Assembly (NCBI GenBank): GCA_963819965.1
Contig: CAWFYA010000002.1
Coordinates: forward strand, 639,108-703,107
Direction of reading: 5' to 3'
Source of the DNA: an uncultured beta proteobacterium
Lineage (GTDB): Bacteria > Pseudomonadota > Gammaproteobacteria > Burkholderiales > Casimicrobiaceae
DNA: 64,000 nucleotides
Shown: piece after piece, positions 31,697 through 45,817 of the stretch
Position numbering within the stretch: the first letter of the stretch is position 1
Layout of the letters: each line of letters begins with the position of its first letter
Position numbers and translations under genes: made by a program
Notes under the pieces: generated by a model
What the model was told of the DNA's origin: nothing
The model's input: only the letters and a program-made list of their open reading frames with translations
Databases searched by the model: none

Positions 31697-32428
31697 ATGA
31701 CCTACTGCGTTGCCATGTCCCTCGATGCGGGGATGATTTTCGCCTCGGACTCCCGCACTAATGCCGGCGTCGACCAGATCGCCCGCTTTTCCAAGATGAA
31801 GGTGTTCGCCAAGGACGGCGATCGCGTCATCGTCACGTTGTCTTCCGGCAATCTCGCGGTCACGCAGAGCGCGCTCAACAATCTCGACCATCACACCCGC
31901 AAGGATGAGAACGAACTCAGCATCTGGAACGCCCAGTCGATGTTCGACGTGGCCCGCCTGGTCGGCGACTCGCTGCGCGAAATCAAGGCGCGCGACGGAC
32001 CCTACCTGGCGCAGAACAACATCGATGCGTCGGGCAATTTCCTGATCGGCGGGCAGATCAAGGGTGAGCCCCATCGCCTGTTCAACGTCTATGGCGAGGG
32101 CAATTTCATCGAGGCGTCGCCGGATACCTGCTATTTCCAGATCGGCGAGTCGAAATACGGCAAGCCGGTTATCGATCGCGTGATCAAGCGCAATTCCAGC
32201 CTGCTCGACGCCACCAAGTGCACGGTCGTGTCGTTCGACTCCACGATGCGCTCGAACATATCGGTGGGCCTGCCCATCGACCTGGTGGTATACGAGGCAG
32301 ACAGCCTGACGATCAAGATCCAGAAGCGCATTGACGAGAGCGACCCCTACTTCCAGATGATGCATCGCGAGTGGGGCGAAGGCCTGCGCCGCGTGTTCGC
32401 GCAACTGCCCGACCCGGACTGGACCTGA
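31697..32428 (+). CDS. Proteasome-type Ntn protease (Anbu)
   Basis: MTYCV (Thr1 nucleophile after Met removal), SDSRTNAGVDQI, QIGESKYGKPVIDR, STMRSNISVGLP. Confidence 0.9.
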   Translation: MTYCVAMSLDAGMIFASDSRTNAGVDQIARFSKMKVFAKDGDRVIVTLSSGNLAVTQSALNNLDHHTRKDENELSIWNAQSMFDVARLVGDSLREIKARDGPYLAQNNIDASGNFLIGGQIKGEPHRLFNVYGEGNFIEASPDTCYFQIGESKYGKPVIDRVIKRNSSLLDATKCTVVSFDSTMRSNISVGLPIDLVVYEADSLTIKIQKRIDESDPYFQMMHREWGEGLRRVFAQLPDPDWT

Positions 32429-32451
32429 CGTCGACCATGGGATAACTCCAG

Positions 32452-35400
32452 ATGGCCATTCGCGTAGCACTGTCTCACCGCACGACCTACCGCTTCGATC
32501 GCCACGTCGCGATCGGGCCACATGAGATCCGGCTGCGCCCGGCGCCGCATTGCCGCACGCCGATTCTGAGCTATTCCCTCAACGTCCTGCCGGAACCGCA
32601 TTTCCTCAACTGGCAGCAGGATCCCTACGGCAACTGGGTCGCGCGTTTGGTATTTCCTGAGCGCGCCGGGCTGATGGAGATCGAGGTCGACCTGGTGGCG
32701 GACCTCACCGTCATCAACCCTTTCGATTTCTTCGTCGAGCCGTACGCTGAGGAGTATCCGTTCGCCTACGCGCCGGCGCTGGCCAAGGAACTGATCCCCT
32801 TTCTCGAGACGGCGCCGCTCGGACCGCGCCTGGCGGCGTGGCTGGAGGAATTCCGCAAGACCATCCTTCCGGGCGAAAGTCCCGTGCTGATGCTGGTGCG
32901 GCTCAACCAGCTGCTGCAGGGCCAGATCAAGTATCTCGTGCGCATGCAGCCTGGCGTGCAGACGCCCGAGGAAACGCTGGGCAATGCCAGCGGCTCCTGC
33001 CGCGACTCCGGCTGGCTTCTGGTCCAGATCATGCGGCACCTGGGACTCGCGGCACGCTTCGCGTCCGGCTACCTGGTGCAGTTGGTCGCCGACATCAAGG
33101 CGCTCGACGGGCCTTCGGGCACGACCAAGGATTTCACCGATCTGCACGCGTGGGCCGAGGTCTTCATCCCGGGGGCGGGCTGGATTGGCTTCGACCCGAC
33201 CTCGGGGCTGCTGGCGGGCGAGGGACATATTCCGCTTGCGTGCACGGCCGATCCAGGGAACGCGGCACCGGTGATCGGCTACACCGATGTGGCCGACGTC
33301 GAGTTCACGGTCACGATGAGCGTCACGCGTATCCACGAGGACCCGCGCGTCACGCTGCCCTACACCGACAAGCAATGGCAGGCCATCGACCGGCTGGGCG
33401 AGCAGGTCGACGGCGACCTCGTGACCGATGACGTGCGCCTGACGCAAGGCGGCGAACCGACTTTCGTGTCCATCGATGACATGGAAGGCGCCGAATGGAA
33501 CTACACCGCGCTGTCGCCGAAGAAGCGGCAACTGGGCGAAATACTGATCAAGCGCCTGAAGGGCAAGTTTGCGCCGGAAGGCTTCCTGCACTATGGACAG
33601 GGGAAGTGGTATCCGGGCGAGCCGCTGCCACGCTGGGCGCTTGGCGTGTTCTGGCGCACCGACGGGGTACCGCTTTGGCGCGGCGACACGCATGTCGCGG
33701 ATACCTCCGGAAAGGGGACTACGACGACGGCCGCGGCGCAGACCTTTGGTCAGCAGCTCGCGGCAAGGTTGGGATTGCCCGCGTCGCTACTCATCACGGC
33801 CCATGAAGATGTGCCCAAGCTTTTGCAGGAGGAGGCTGCACTACCGATTAACGCCGATCCGCTGGCCGCCGACCTGACCAAGCCCGACGAGCGTGCGCGC
33901 CTGGCACGGTTACTCGCTGCCGGACTCTCGTCACCGGCGGGATTCGTGCTCCCGCTCAAGGGCAGGCTCGACGACGATGCGGCAATCGCCTGGGAATCGA
34001 GCCCCTGGCCGCTGAAACGGCAGCATCTGTACGCGGTGGCGGGGGATTCGCCATTGGGCCTGCGCCTGCCACTCAGTTCCCTGCCGCAATTGTTGCCTGA
34101 CGAAACCGAACACGATTTTCCCGTCGATCCCTTCGCGCCGCGCAAACCCTTGGCGGGCAACACGTCGCGGGCCGCGAAGGATTCCAAGGTGCGCGGCAGC
34201 GAGCCCCGCGAAGTCATCAAGACCGCACTGACGTTGCAGGTGCGCGATGGCCACCTCTATGTATTCATGCCGCCGCTCGAGTTGCTCGAAGCCTACGTTG
34301 CGCTGCTGGCGGCAATCGAGGACGTCGCGCGCGAATTGGACACGCCGGTGGCCATCGAAGGCTACACGCCGCCGCGCGATCCCCGCGTGAAAGTGCTGAT
34401 GGTGACACCCGACCCGGGCGTGATCGAGGTCAACATCCACCCGGCCTCGTCGTGGCGCGACCTGTTGGCCACGACCGAGACACTGTATGAGGAGGCGCGA
34501 CAAGCGAGACTTGGCACCGAGAAGTTCATGCTCGACGGCCGGCACACGGGTACGGGCGGCGGCAATCATGTCACGCTGGGCGGCGCCACGCCGGCGGACA
34601 GTCCGCTGTTGCGTCGGCCCGATCTTTTACAAAGCCTCATCACGTATTGGCAGAATCATCCGGCGCTGTCCTACCTGTTTTCCGGCATGTTCATCGGCCC
34701 GACCAGCCAGGCGCCGCGCGTCGATGAGGCGCGCGACGACCGCTTGTACGAGCTGGCTATCGCTTTCCAGCAATTGCGGCGAAAGCATGCGGCGGGGAGC
34801 GAATCCCCGCAGCCATGGCTGGTCGACCGCCTGCTGCGGCACATGCTGACAGACCTCACCGGCAATACGCATCGCTCGGAATTCTCGATCGACAAGCTGT
34901 ACTCACCCGACAGTTCCACGGGCCGCCTGGGCATCCTCGAGTTCCGCGCGTTCGAAATGCCGCCGCATGCACGCATGAGCGCGGTGCAGGTGCTGCTCCT
35001 GCGCGCGCTCGTGGCGCGATTCTGGCGCGATCCGTACCGTGGCGAGCTCATCCCCTGGGGCACCGCATTGCACGATCGCTGGCTGCTGCCGCATTTCGTT
35101 GCCGCCGACATCCGCGACGTGGCGGACGACCTGAATCGCGCGGGCTATGCTTTCGATCCGGCCTGGTTCGAGCCATTCGTGGAATTTCGCTTCCCGCGCT
35201 TCGGCACAGCCACCTACGCGGGTGTGATGCTGGAGTTGCGGCAGGCGATCGAACCCTGGCACGTGCTGGGCGAGGAGGTGGCGCTCGGCGCGACCGCGCG
35301 TTATGTCGATTCGTCGATCGAGCGCCTCCAGTTCAAGGCGGTCGGGATGACCGGTGGCCGGCACGTTGTCACCTGCAACGGCCGCGCGCTGCCGCTGACT

Positions 35401-35739
35401 CCCACAGGCGTCCCCGGCGAGTTCGTGGCGGGCGTTCGCTTCCGCGCGTGGAACCCGCCGTCGGCGCTGCACCCGACCATCGGCGTACAGGCGCCACTGA
35501 CCTTCGACTTGATCGACACGTGGTCGCAGCGCGCTCTGGGCGGCTGCACGTACCACGTCGTGCATCCGGGCGGCCGCAACTACGACACGTTTCCGGTCAA
35601 TGCCAACGAAGCCGAGGCGCGACGCGTCGCGCGTTTCTGGGCGCACGGGCACACCCCCGGCCCGATGGTCGTGCATCCGGAACAAACCAATCCGGCCACG
35701 CCGGCCACGCTCGATTTGCGTTGGCAGCCGGCCCGATAA
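32452..35739 (+). CDS. Transglutaminase-domain protein fused to DUF2126 putative amidoligase
   Basis: N-terminal bacterial transglutaminase domain, GSCRDSGW and DLHAWAEV (Cys/His), then [36 protein letters not shown]. Confidence 0.88.
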   Translation: MAIRVALSHRTTYRFDRHVAIGPHEIRLRPAPHCRTPILSYSLNVLPEPHFLNWQQDPYGNWVARLVFPERAGLMEIEVDLVADLTVINPFDFFVEPYAEEYPFAYAPALAKELIPFLETAPLGPRLAAWLEEFRKTILPGESPVLMLVRLNQLLQGQIKYLVRMQPGVQTPEETLGNASGSCRDSGWLLVQIMRHLGLAARFASGYLVQLVADIKALDGPSGTTKDFTDLHAWAEVFIPGAGWIGFDPTSGLLAGEGHIPLACTADPGNAAPVIGYTDVADVEFTVTMSVTRIHEDPRVTLPYTDKQWQAIDRLGEQVDGDLVTDDVRLTQGGEPTFVSIDDMEGAEWNYTALSPKKRQLGEILIKRLKGKFAPEGFLHYGQGKWYPGEPLPRWALGVFWRTDGVPLWRGDTHVADTSGKGTTTTAAAQTFGQQLAARLGLPASLLITAHEDVPKLLQEEAALPINADPLAADLTKPDERARLARLLAAGLSSPAGFVLPLKGRLDDDAAIAWESSPWPLKRQHLYAVAGDSPLGLRLPLSSLPQLLPDETEHDFPVDPFAPRKPLAGNTSRAAKDSKVRGSEPREVIKTALTLQVRDGHLYVFMPPLELLEAYVALLAAIEDVARELDTPVAIEGYTPPRDPRVKVLMVTPDPGVIEVNIHPASSWRDLLATTETLYEEARQARLGTEKFMLDGRHTGTGGGNHVTLGGATPADSPLLRRPDLLQSLITYWQNHPALSYLFSGMFIGPTSQAPRVDEARDDRLYELAIAFQQLRRKHAAGSESPQPWLVDRLLRHMLTDLTGNTHRSEFSIDKLYSPDSSTGRLGILEFRAFEMPPHARMSAVQVLLLRALVARFWRDPYRGELIPWGTALHDRWLLPHFVAADIRDVADDLNRAGYAFDPAWFEPFVEFRFPRFGTATYAGVMLELRQAIEPWHVLGEEVALGATARYVDSSIERLQFKAVGMTGGRHVVTCNGRALPLTPTGVPGEFVAGVRFRAWNPPSALHPTIGVQAPLTFDLIDTWSQRALGGCTYHVVHPGGRNYDTFPVNANEAEARRVARFWAHGHTPGPMVVHPEQTNPATPATLDLRWQPAR

Positions 35740-35782
35740 CGTCCTAACGGTAAGATGCGTCCTTTTGCCGAGGACGACTCGA

Positions 35783-37180
35783 GTGAGTGAAGTCAGGAGC
35801 CGGTTTGCCCCCAGCCCGACGGGCTATCTTCACTTGGGCAGCGCGCGCACCGCGCTATTCGCGTGGGCCTATGCGCGGCATTTCGGCGGCAAGTTCATCC
35901 TGCGCGTCGAGGACACGGACGTCGAGCGCTCCACGCCGGCCGCCGTCAAGGCAATCTTCGATGCGATGGCCTGGCTCGGGCTCGACTACGATGAAGGCCC
36001 GTTTTTCCAGATGCAGCGCATGGACCGGTATCGCGAGGCGCTGGCGCAAATGCTCGCCGCCGGACAGGTTTATCGTTGCTACATGAGCCCCAAGGAGCTC
36101 GATGCGTTGCGCGCCGAGCAAACTGCGCGGGGAGAAAAGCCGCGCTACGACGGACGCTGGCGCCCCGAGAACAGCGTCGGCAAAACGCCACCACCGGACG
36201 CGAAACCGGTGCTGCGCTTTCGCAATCCGGACACCGGCGCGGTGGCATGGGACGACGGGGTAAAGGGCCGCATCGAAATCGCCAATGCGGAATTGGACGA
36301 CCTGGTGATCGCTCGCCCGGACGGCACGCCCACCTACAACTTTTGTGTCGTGGTCGACGACATCGACATGCGCATCACCAACGTGATCCGCGGCGACGAC
36401 CACGTCAACAACACGCCGCGGCAGATCAACATTTTCCGCGCGCTCGGTGCGCAGCCGCCTGCCTATGCGCATGTTCCCACGGTACTGGGTGAGGACGGCG
36501 CCAAGCTGTCCAAGCGCCATGGCGCGATGGGCGTAATGGAATACGAGGCGCAAGGTTTTCTGCCCGAAGCATTGATCAATTTCCTCGCCCGCATCGGTTG
36601 GGGGCACGGCGACGAGGAAATATTCACGCGCGAGCAGTTGGTGCAGTGGTTCGACCTCCCGGGGATCAGCCCGGCGCCGTCGCGCTTCAACGCCGACAAG
36701 CTGAAATGGGTGAACCAGGAGCACATGAGACGCCTGCCGGACGCAGAGCTTGGGCGGCGCCTCGTCCCGTTCCTCGTGCGCGCGGGACTCGATCCTGCCG
36801 CCGGACCCGATGCGGGCGCCGTGGCCGCGCTGCTGCGCGACCGTGCCGACACGCTGGTGGCGATGGCCGATGCGGCGCATTACCTGTATGCCACGCCCAC
36901 GGTCGCCGCCGAGAAATTGGCGGCGCAGGTCAATGACGCCATCCGTCCCGCTCTGGTCGAGCTGCACGCCGAATTCGCCAGCCTGAACTGGACGCGGGAG
37001 GCGCTGATGGCAGCACTCAAGGCCGCCGCCGCGCGTCATGGCTTGAAGCCGCCGCCGATCATGATGGCGGTGCGCATGCTGGTGGCGGGGACCACCTCCA
37101 CGCCGGCCATCGACGCCGTGCTGGCCCTGCTGGGACGCGATACGACGTGCGCGCGCATGGCGACTGGATTGGGAATCTGA
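35783..37180 (+). CDS. gltX: Glutamate--tRNA ligase
   Basis: [13 protein letters not shown] (HIGH), KLSKR (KMSKS); GTG start 35783. Confidence 0.95.
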   Translation: MSEVRSRFAPSPTGYLHLGSARTALFAWAYARHFGGKFILRVEDTDVERSTPAAVKAIFDAMAWLGLDYDEGPFFQMQRMDRYREALAQMLAAGQVYRCYMSPKELDALRAEQTARGEKPRYDGRWRPENSVGKTPPPDAKPVLRFRNPDTGAVAWDDGVKGRIEIANAELDDLVIARPDGTPTYNFCVVVDDIDMRITNVIRGDDHVNNTPRQINIFRALGAQPPAYAHVPTVLGEDGAKLSKRHGAMGVMEYEAQGFLPEALINFLARIGWGHGDEEIFTREQLVQWFDLPGISPAPSRFNADKLKWVNQEHMRRLPDAELGRRLVPFLVRAGLDPAAGPDAGAVAALLRDRADTLVAMADAAHYLYATPTVAAEKLAAQVNDAIRPALVELHAEFASLNWTREALMAALKAAAARHGLKPPPIMMAVRMLVAGTTSTPAIDAVLALLGRDTTCARMATGLGI

Positions 37181-37191
37181 TGGCAGACAAT

Positions 37192-37219
37192 GTCGCCCCC
37201 GTGCACGCGGGGGGCACAG
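37192..37219. repeat. REP-like hairpin, same family as 7559
   Basis: GTCGCCCCCGTGCACGCGGGGGGCACAG versus GTCGCCCCCGCGAAAGCGGGGGCCCAG. Confidence 0.6.
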
Positions 37220-37261
37220 TGGCTTCTATGCGCGGGGGTTCCCGCTCGGCTACCAGAATGA

Positions 37262-39046
<1,785 letters not shown>

Positions 39047-39069
39047 CGTGCCGGGCGCACCGTGACGCG

Positions 39070-39921
39070 ATGAATCTCTGTGGGTACGACGTCGGTCTCG
39101 ACCGGCCGCTGTTCCTGATCGCCGGCCCCTGCGTCGTGGAATCGCGCCAGCTGCAGGTGGACGTCGCCGGTGAATTGAAGGCGATCTGCGCATCGCTTGC
39201 GATCCCCTTCGTCTTCAAATCTTCCTACGACAAGGCCAATCGCAGCTCGCACGCGTCATTCCGCGGTCCTGGCATGGAGGAAGGCCTGCGCATTCTCGAG
39301 GAGGTCCGTCGGCAGGTCGAAGTGCCGGTGCTGACCGACGTGCACACCGTCGACGAAATCGCCGCCGTCGCAGCGGTCGTGGATGTGCTCCAGACGCCGG
39401 CATTCCTGTGCCGGCAAACTGATTTCGTCCAGGCGGTCGCCGCGGCGGGTCGCCCCGTGAACATCAAGAAGGGCCAGTTTCTCGCGCCGGAGGACATGAA
39501 GCAAGTCGTGGCCAAGGCGCGCGCCGCGAGCGGCGTGGACAACATCATGGTGTGCGAGCGCGGCGCGTCGTTCGGCTATCACAACCTGGTGTCCGACATG
39601 CGCTCGCTAGCCATCATGCGCGACACGCGCTGTCCCGTGGTGTTCGATGCCACGCACTCGGTGCAGTTGCCGGGCGGGCAAGGCACGTCCTCTGGCGGCC
39701 AGCGTGAATTCGTCCCTGTGCTGGCGCGGGCGGCGGTCGCGGCCGGCGTGGCGGGCGTGTTCATGGAGACGCATCCGCAACCGGAGAAGGCGCTGTCCGA
39801 CGGTCCCAATGCGTGGCCGCTCGGGATGATGCGCGCGTTGCTGGAAACACTGGTCAGCCTGGACGCCGCCGTGAAGCGCAGCGGCTTCCCGGAGACCGCG
39901 CTCATGGCGAAGCCCAACTAA
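39070..39921 (+). CDS. kdsA: KDO 8-phosphate synthase
   Basis: [35 protein letters not shown]. Confidence 0.97.
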   Translation: MNLCGYDVGLDRPLFLIAGPCVVESRQLQVDVAGELKAICASLAIPFVFKSSYDKANRSSHASFRGPGMEEGLRILEEVRRQVEVPVLTDVHTVDEIAAVAAVVDVLQTPAFLCRQTDFVQAVAAAGRPVNIKKGQFLAPEDMKQVVAKARAASGVDNIMVCERGASFGYHNLVSDMRSLAIMRDTRCPVVFDATHSVQLPGGQGTSSGGQREFVPVLARAAVAAGVAGVFMETHPQPEKALSDGPNAWPLGMMRALLETLVSLDAAVKRSGFPETALMAKPN

Positions 39922-39942
39922 CCACAAATCCGAGGAATAGCC

Positions 39943-40236
39943 ATGTTCGTGCATCTGGTCCTGATCAAGTTGAAGCCCGGCGTTTCCCGCGATGACCCGC
40001 GCGTGGCCACCTGGCGGGCGGCCTTCATCGCGCTCGAGCACAAATGCCAGGGTATTGTCCGCTTCGAGCACGGCTGGAATACCACCGACCGTCCCATCGC
40101 CTATGATTACGGCGTGAACATGGCCTTTGCCACGCGTGCCGACCTCGATGCCTACGGGCCGCATCCCGACCACCAGGCGGTCGTGGCGATCGAGCGCGAA
40201 TTCGCCGACTGGATAATCTGCGACTACGAGGTCTGA
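39943..40236 (+). CDS. Dabb (stress-responsive A/B barrel) family protein
   Basis: HLVLIKLK...F...DLDAYGPHPDH...DYEV; SD GAGG. Confidence 0.8.
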   Translation: MFVHLVLIKLKPGVSRDDPRVATWRAAFIALEHKCQGIVRFEHGWNTTDRPIAYDYGVNMAFATRADLDAYGPHPDHQAVVAIEREFADWIICDYEV

Positions 40237-41562
<1,326 letters not shown>

Positions 41563-41578
41563 AGATTCTGCCGCCGAC

Positions 41579-41917
41579 ATGCGCTGGCTTGCATTCATCT
41601 TCGCGGGGCTGATTCTGGCGCTTCAATATCCCATGTGGCTAGGCAAGGGCGGCTGGCTGCAGGTGCGGGAGACGGATCGCCAGATGGCATTGCAGCGCGA
41701 GGCAAACGCCAAGCTGAAATTACGCAACGACGCGCTCGACGCCGACGTGCGGGACCTGAAAACAGGCTCGGAGGCCATCGAGGAGCGCGCGCGGTCCGAA
41801 CTGGGAATGATCCGCTCGGACGAGGTGTTCTTCCAGTTGCAACCTGCTGGTGCGCCGGTGGTCACGCCGGCGCCGGCGCTCACGGCTCCCGGCGCCAAGG
41901 CCGCCGCGCATCGCTAG
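41579..41917 (+). CDS. ftsB: Cell division protein FtsB
   Basis: [25 protein letters not shown]...[11 protein letters not shown]; follows eno. Confidence 0.92.
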   Translation: MRWLAFIFAGLILALQYPMWLGKGGWLQVRETDRQMALQREANAKLKLRNDALDADVRDLKTGSEAIEERARSELGMIRSDEVFFQLQPAGAPVVTPAPALTAPGAKAAAHR

Positions 41918-41953
41918 CCGCCGCGGCGGGCATTCATCGTTGCCGCCCGCCCG

Positions 41954-42733
41954 ATGCCCAACATAACGTCGCGGCATAATCCTCGCTTGGCCGATGCGGC
42001 TGCGCTGATTCATTCGTCGCGCGACCGGCGCAAGACCGGCCGCTGCGTGCTCGAAGGCGAACACTTGATCGGCGTTTACCTGGAGCGGATGGGTGTGCCC
42101 GAGACGTTGATCGTAGTTGACGTTCGTCTAGGCGATCCGCGATTCTCGGCGCTGATCGCGCGCATGCCGGAACGAGATGTCCTTGCCGTGCCGCCGGAGA
42201 TTTTCAGCGAGGTATCGACGCTACCGGCCGCGGTCGGGGCGTTGGCCGTCGTGGTAACTCCTGTGACCGCGCAACCGCCGCCCGCGTCGTTTCACCTGCT
42301 GCTGGAGGACGTGCAGGACCCGGGCAATGTGGGGACGATGCTGCGCACGGCCGCGGCCGCCGGCGTCGACCAGGTGCTGCTGTCCAAGCATTGCGCGTTC
42401 GCCTGGGCACCCAAGGTGTTGCGCGCGGGACAGGGTGCGCACTTCCTGACGACGATTGTCGAAGACGTCGACCTCGTCGCATGGGTTCGCGCGTTTCGCG
42501 CCACGGGACACGTCGTGGCGACCGTTGCCGCAGGTGGTGCGGATCTCTACTCGCGCACGTTTCCGCCGCGGATCGCGTTCCTGGTCGGCAACGAAGGTGC
42601 CGGACTGTCCGAGCCATTGCTGCGCGAGGCCGATGCCAGGATCACCATTCCGATGCCCGGCGGCGCCGAATCGCTCAACGCGGCCGCGGCGGCGGCGGTG
42701 GTGCTCTTCGAGTGCGTGCGGCAGCGACGGTAG
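41954..42733 (+). CDS. TrmH/SpoU family RNA methyltransferase
   Basis: LEDVQDPGNVGTMLRTA, GNEGAGL, ESLNAAAA. Confidence 0.9.
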   Translation: MPNITSRHNPRLADAAALIHSSRDRRKTGRCVLEGEHLIGVYLERMGVPETLIVVDVRLGDPRFSALIARMPERDVLAVPPEIFSEVSTLPAAVGALAVVVTPVTAQPPPASFHLLLEDVQDPGNVGTMLRTAAAAGVDQVLLSKHCAFAWAPKVLRAGQGAHFLTTIVEDVDLVAWVRAFRATGHVVATVAAGGADLYSRTFPPRIAFLVGNEGAGLSEPLLREADARITIPMPGGAESLNAAAAAAVVLFECVRQRR

Positions 42734-42748
42734 TCGGGTGCGGCGTAC

Positions 42749-43570
42749 TCAATACAGGACCGCGGAAAAGCGTCCGCTCTCGGCGCAGCCACCACCAACA
42801 TCCGGCGCCGAAAAGCTGCCTTCGATGCCTTGCGCCGTGATCTTGATGCCGCTCAAGACCGCGTTGGTATCGAGTCCGTCGTCGCACCTGTAGGTGGCAC
42901 TGGAAATGGACTGAAGAGCACCGTTCTGGGCCAGCGTTCCGGCGAGGGTGCAGCTTTCTCCCAAGCCGTCGAACGCAAAGCTGAGGCTGGCGATGCCCGA
43001 CGACTGAGACACTTGCAGCGTGAAGGTATCCGAATACAGTGAGTTGTCGCCGGTGTTCGAGCAGCCGCTGTACGCGCCGGATTGGCCGCCAATATAGGTT
43101 CCCGCAATCGGAATGGTGGTCAGCGTAAGGCGCTGCAGCGATTTTGCGACGCTACCCACGCCTGTCACCGTGTAGGCCAGCGCGCCAAGGGCCGGATTGA
43201 CTGGATCAGGCGTAAAGGAAGCTGTGCCCGATGGCGTCTCCACGTGATCGTTTGCATTCCACGGGCCGAAATAGAAACTGCCTTGATAGGTATAGATGGG
43301 GCCGACGTACTTGCTGTTGCCGTCCCAGACCAGCGTCGCCGTGATCCACGTGGGCTTTTTGTCCGCGCCGAACACGAAGAACGTGCCATAGAGGAAGGTG
43401 TCCGACTGCACGAGGTTGACGCCCCAGCCATCCTCGCCCTGTGTATACCAGATATCCGTGTAATCGACCGCGCGTGATGAAGTGACGGCTTGTGCGCCGG
43501 CGGCAATGAGGGCCAGCAGCGCGAAGGCCAGCGACGCAATGGTGTTGCGGATCATTCCTGTGTTGGTCAT
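42749..43570 (-). CDS. Secreted hypothetical beta-rich protein
   Basis: Signal peptide (AFALLALIAAGAQA), DYTDIWY...EDGWGVNL...KKPTW, four Cys in the C-terminal half. Confidence 0.75.
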   Translation of the reverse strand: MTNTGMIRNTIASLAFALLALIAAGAQAVTSSRAVDYTDIWYTQGEDGWGVNLVQSDTFLYGTFFVFGADKKPTWITATLVWDGNSKYVGPIYTYQGSFYFGPWNANDHVETPSGTASFTPDPVNPALGALAYTVTGVGSVAKSLQRLTLTTIPIAGTYIGGQSGAYSGCSNTGDNSLYSDTFTLQVSQSSGIASLSFAFDGLGESCTLAGTLAQNGALQSISSATYRCDDGLDTNAVLSGIKITAQGIEGSFSAPDVGGGCAESGRFSAVLY

Positions 43571-43655
43571 GGCATGCCTGCAAGGGTCGAGTTGTGTCAG
43601 CGCAATTTTACCCCGGCGCTGTCAAGGGTCGCCCTCGCTACCAGCGCATTTGGTA

Positions 43656-44549
43656 TCAAAGTGTTGCGGCCAGCGTTGCGATGGCCTCGCGAGCGGGCAG
43701 CGCTGCCTGCGCACCCGCACCGGCGCATGCGAGTGAGCCTGCGGCGACGCCTTCCGCCAGCGCATCGCGCAGCGATGTCCCACGATCGAGCGCTGCGGCC
43801 AGCGCGCCCACCAGAGCGTCGCCGGCGCCCGTGGTGTCGACGACACTGACGGGGGGCGCGACAATCGCGATGACTGCGTCGCCCTGCACGGCAAGCGCGC
43901 CGCGTGCGCCCAGCGTCACGACAACCGCGTTTCGATAGCGCGCTGCAACGGCGACCGCAAATGCCTCGGGTTCGGTAGCCGTGCCGAGCGCTGCGCCGAT
44001 CACCGCCGCTTCGGATTCATTGACGACCAGGACGCCGATGGCGCGAAGCACGGGGTCGGGCAACGCGCCGGCCGGCGCCGCATTCAGAATGACCCGCGCG
44101 CCGCGAACGCGGCGAAGCAGCAGCGCTATTTCCGCCAGCGGCACTTCGAGCTGCACCACCAGCGTCGCTTCCGGACCCAGCGCGTCGTCGGGTACTTGCG
44201 CCGCAGTTGCGTGGCCATTCGCGCCCGCGATGACCGTGATGGCGTTTTCTCCGTGCGCGTCGACGTGGATAAGTGCAATGCCGGTCGGTGCATCGAGCGC
44301 CGTGACCCCGGACAGGTCGATGCCACCGAGCTCGAGATTGGCGAGCGCCGCTGCCGCAAACGCATCGCGCCCGACGGCGCCGAACATCCTGACCCGCGCG
44401 CCCGCGCGTTGCGCGGCAAGCGCCTGGTTCGCGCCCTTGCCGCCGGGCGACACACTGAAGGCGTTACCCGTCAGCGTCTCGCCAGGCAGGGGCATACGCG
44501 CGACTTGTGCGACGAGGTCCAGGTTGATGGAGCCGAAGACGACGACCAC
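43656..44549 (-). CDS. PfkB family ribokinase-like sugar kinase
   Basis: VVVFGSINLD, GGKGANQA, LVVNESEA, DTTGAGDA; GTG start 44549. Confidence 0.9.
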   Translation of the reverse strand: MVVVFGSINLDLVAQVARMPLPGETLTGNAFSVSPGGKGANQALAAQRAGARVRMFGAVGRDAFAAAALANLELGGIDLSGVTALDAPTGIALIHVDAHGENAITVIAGANGHATAAQVPDDALGPEATLVVQLEVPLAEIALLLRRVRGARVILNAAPAGALPDPVLRAIGVLVVNESEAAVIGAALGTATEPEAFAVAVAARYRNAVVVTLGARGALAVQGDAVIAIVAPPVSVVDTTGAGDALVGALAAALDRGTSLRDALAEGVAAGSLACAGAGAQAALPAREAIATLAATL

Positions 44550-44565
44550 GGGACACCTTTCGCCT

Positions 44566-45000
44566 CTAGTCGCTGGCGACCACGCCCTTGACGAGAAGGA
44601 TGTTGCCGAAGCGACGCAGCTCGCCGGTGCGCACGATCGCAAACGCGCCGCGCGCCCGCTCGTAGAAGGCATGTCGCTCGAGGTGACCGATTTCCATGTC
44701 GGCGAGGCCTTCCGCCCTCAGTACACCGGCAAATTCCGCGACGGGCGGTGGTACCGCGGCCGGGTCGCCGGTGACTTCCATCGTGAATATTGCAGGCGAA
44801 GTACGCGTATCCAGCGGCAGCAGGGTGAGCACCGCCGCGAGCATCGCAGGGGACCCCGTACCTGGCGATTCGATCAGGCGCCTGGCATGGGTCGTCGCGG
44901 GAAAGTTGGCATCGACAATGGCCAGCACGTCGCCATGTCCCATGGATTGCAGCGCATGCAGCAAATCGGGCGTCAGCGATGGATGGATGCCTTTCAGCAC
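44566..45000 (-). CDS. RbsD/FucU family mutarotase
   Basis: MLKG...MGHGD.LAIVDANFP, FYERARGAFAIVRTGE. Confidence 0.9.
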   Translation of the reverse strand: MLKGIHPSLTPDLLHALQSMGHGDVLAIVDANFPATTHARRLIESPGTGSPAMLAAVLTLLPLDTRTSPAIFTMEVTGDPAAVPPPVAEFAGVLRAEGLADMEIGHLERHAFYERARGAFAIVRTGELRRFGNILLVKGVVASD

Positions 45001-45095
45001 GAACTTTTCCCCTTTTGATCCCGCCGGCAGTCATCCCGGTTGCGGTCCGTGCGCACGTCGGCCTGAATCATACTGCACTCCCGAGCGCGATTCCC

Positions 45096-45803
45096 TCAGT
45101 GGAGGGCGTCCAGGTGCGCAAACACGTCAATCAGTTTTTTGGCAGTGCAACCCGGGCCGCGCGCAATCGCCAGGATTTGCGCCTCCCGTCCCGCGACTTC
45201 GCGCGCGGCGTCCGGCAATGCGCGCACCAATGCCGGCGGCACAATGACCGCGCCATGCCTGTCGGCGTGGATGAGGTCGCCAGGACGCACTCGCAGGCCG
45301 AACACTTCGACTTCGCCGCCGATGCCCACGGGCCTGGCAAACGCGTGGGAGGCGGAGATCCGGCCCGCCAGAAATTGAAATTCGGGAGCCCATTGGTCAA
45401 GGTCGCGCACCGCGCCGTTGGTGAGCAATCCGCGCGCGCCCAGGCCGACATGAATGGCCGATTGCACTTCGCCCCAGAAAGCGCCTGTGCCGGCGTTGGC
45501 ATCGACATCCTGGATGACCACCAGCGAGGGCTTGGGCCCGGAATCGATGGACCGATAATAGTCGTCCCGCAGCGCATTCTGCTTCGCGGCCGGCAGGTCA
45601 TCCGGTCGGGCGCTGCGAACGGTCGCGGTCCGGGCGTAGCCGATCACAGGCTTCTGTTGCGGAAAGCCGCAGACGAAGGGTTGCGTGGTATAGCCCTGCG
45701 CCCGCGTTTCGGGCGACAGGCGTTCGAGCGCATTGCAGATCGTCGGCGTGTCGAAGTCCGTCAGCGCGTCGATGTCGGCTAACGTGAGGTGTGGTTCCGA
45801 CAT
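45096..45803 (-). CDS. RraA/HMG-aldolase family protein
   Basis: DTPTICNALE, WGEVQS, GAVRDL, GDLIHADRHGAV; start MSEPH at 45803. Confidence 0.85.
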   Translation of the reverse strand: MSEPHLTLADIDALTDFDTPTICNALERLSPETRAQGYTTQPFVCGFPQQKPVIGYARTATVRSARPDDLPAAKQNALRDDYYRSIDSGPKPSLVVIQDVDANAGTGAFWGEVQSAIHVGLGARGLLTNGAVRDLDQWAPEFQFLAGRISASHAFARPVGIGGEVEVFGLRVRPGDLIHADRHGAVIVPPALVRALPDAAREVAGREAQILAIARGPGCTAKKLIDVFAHLDALH

Positions 45804-45817
45804 GGAAGTTGCCTCTT

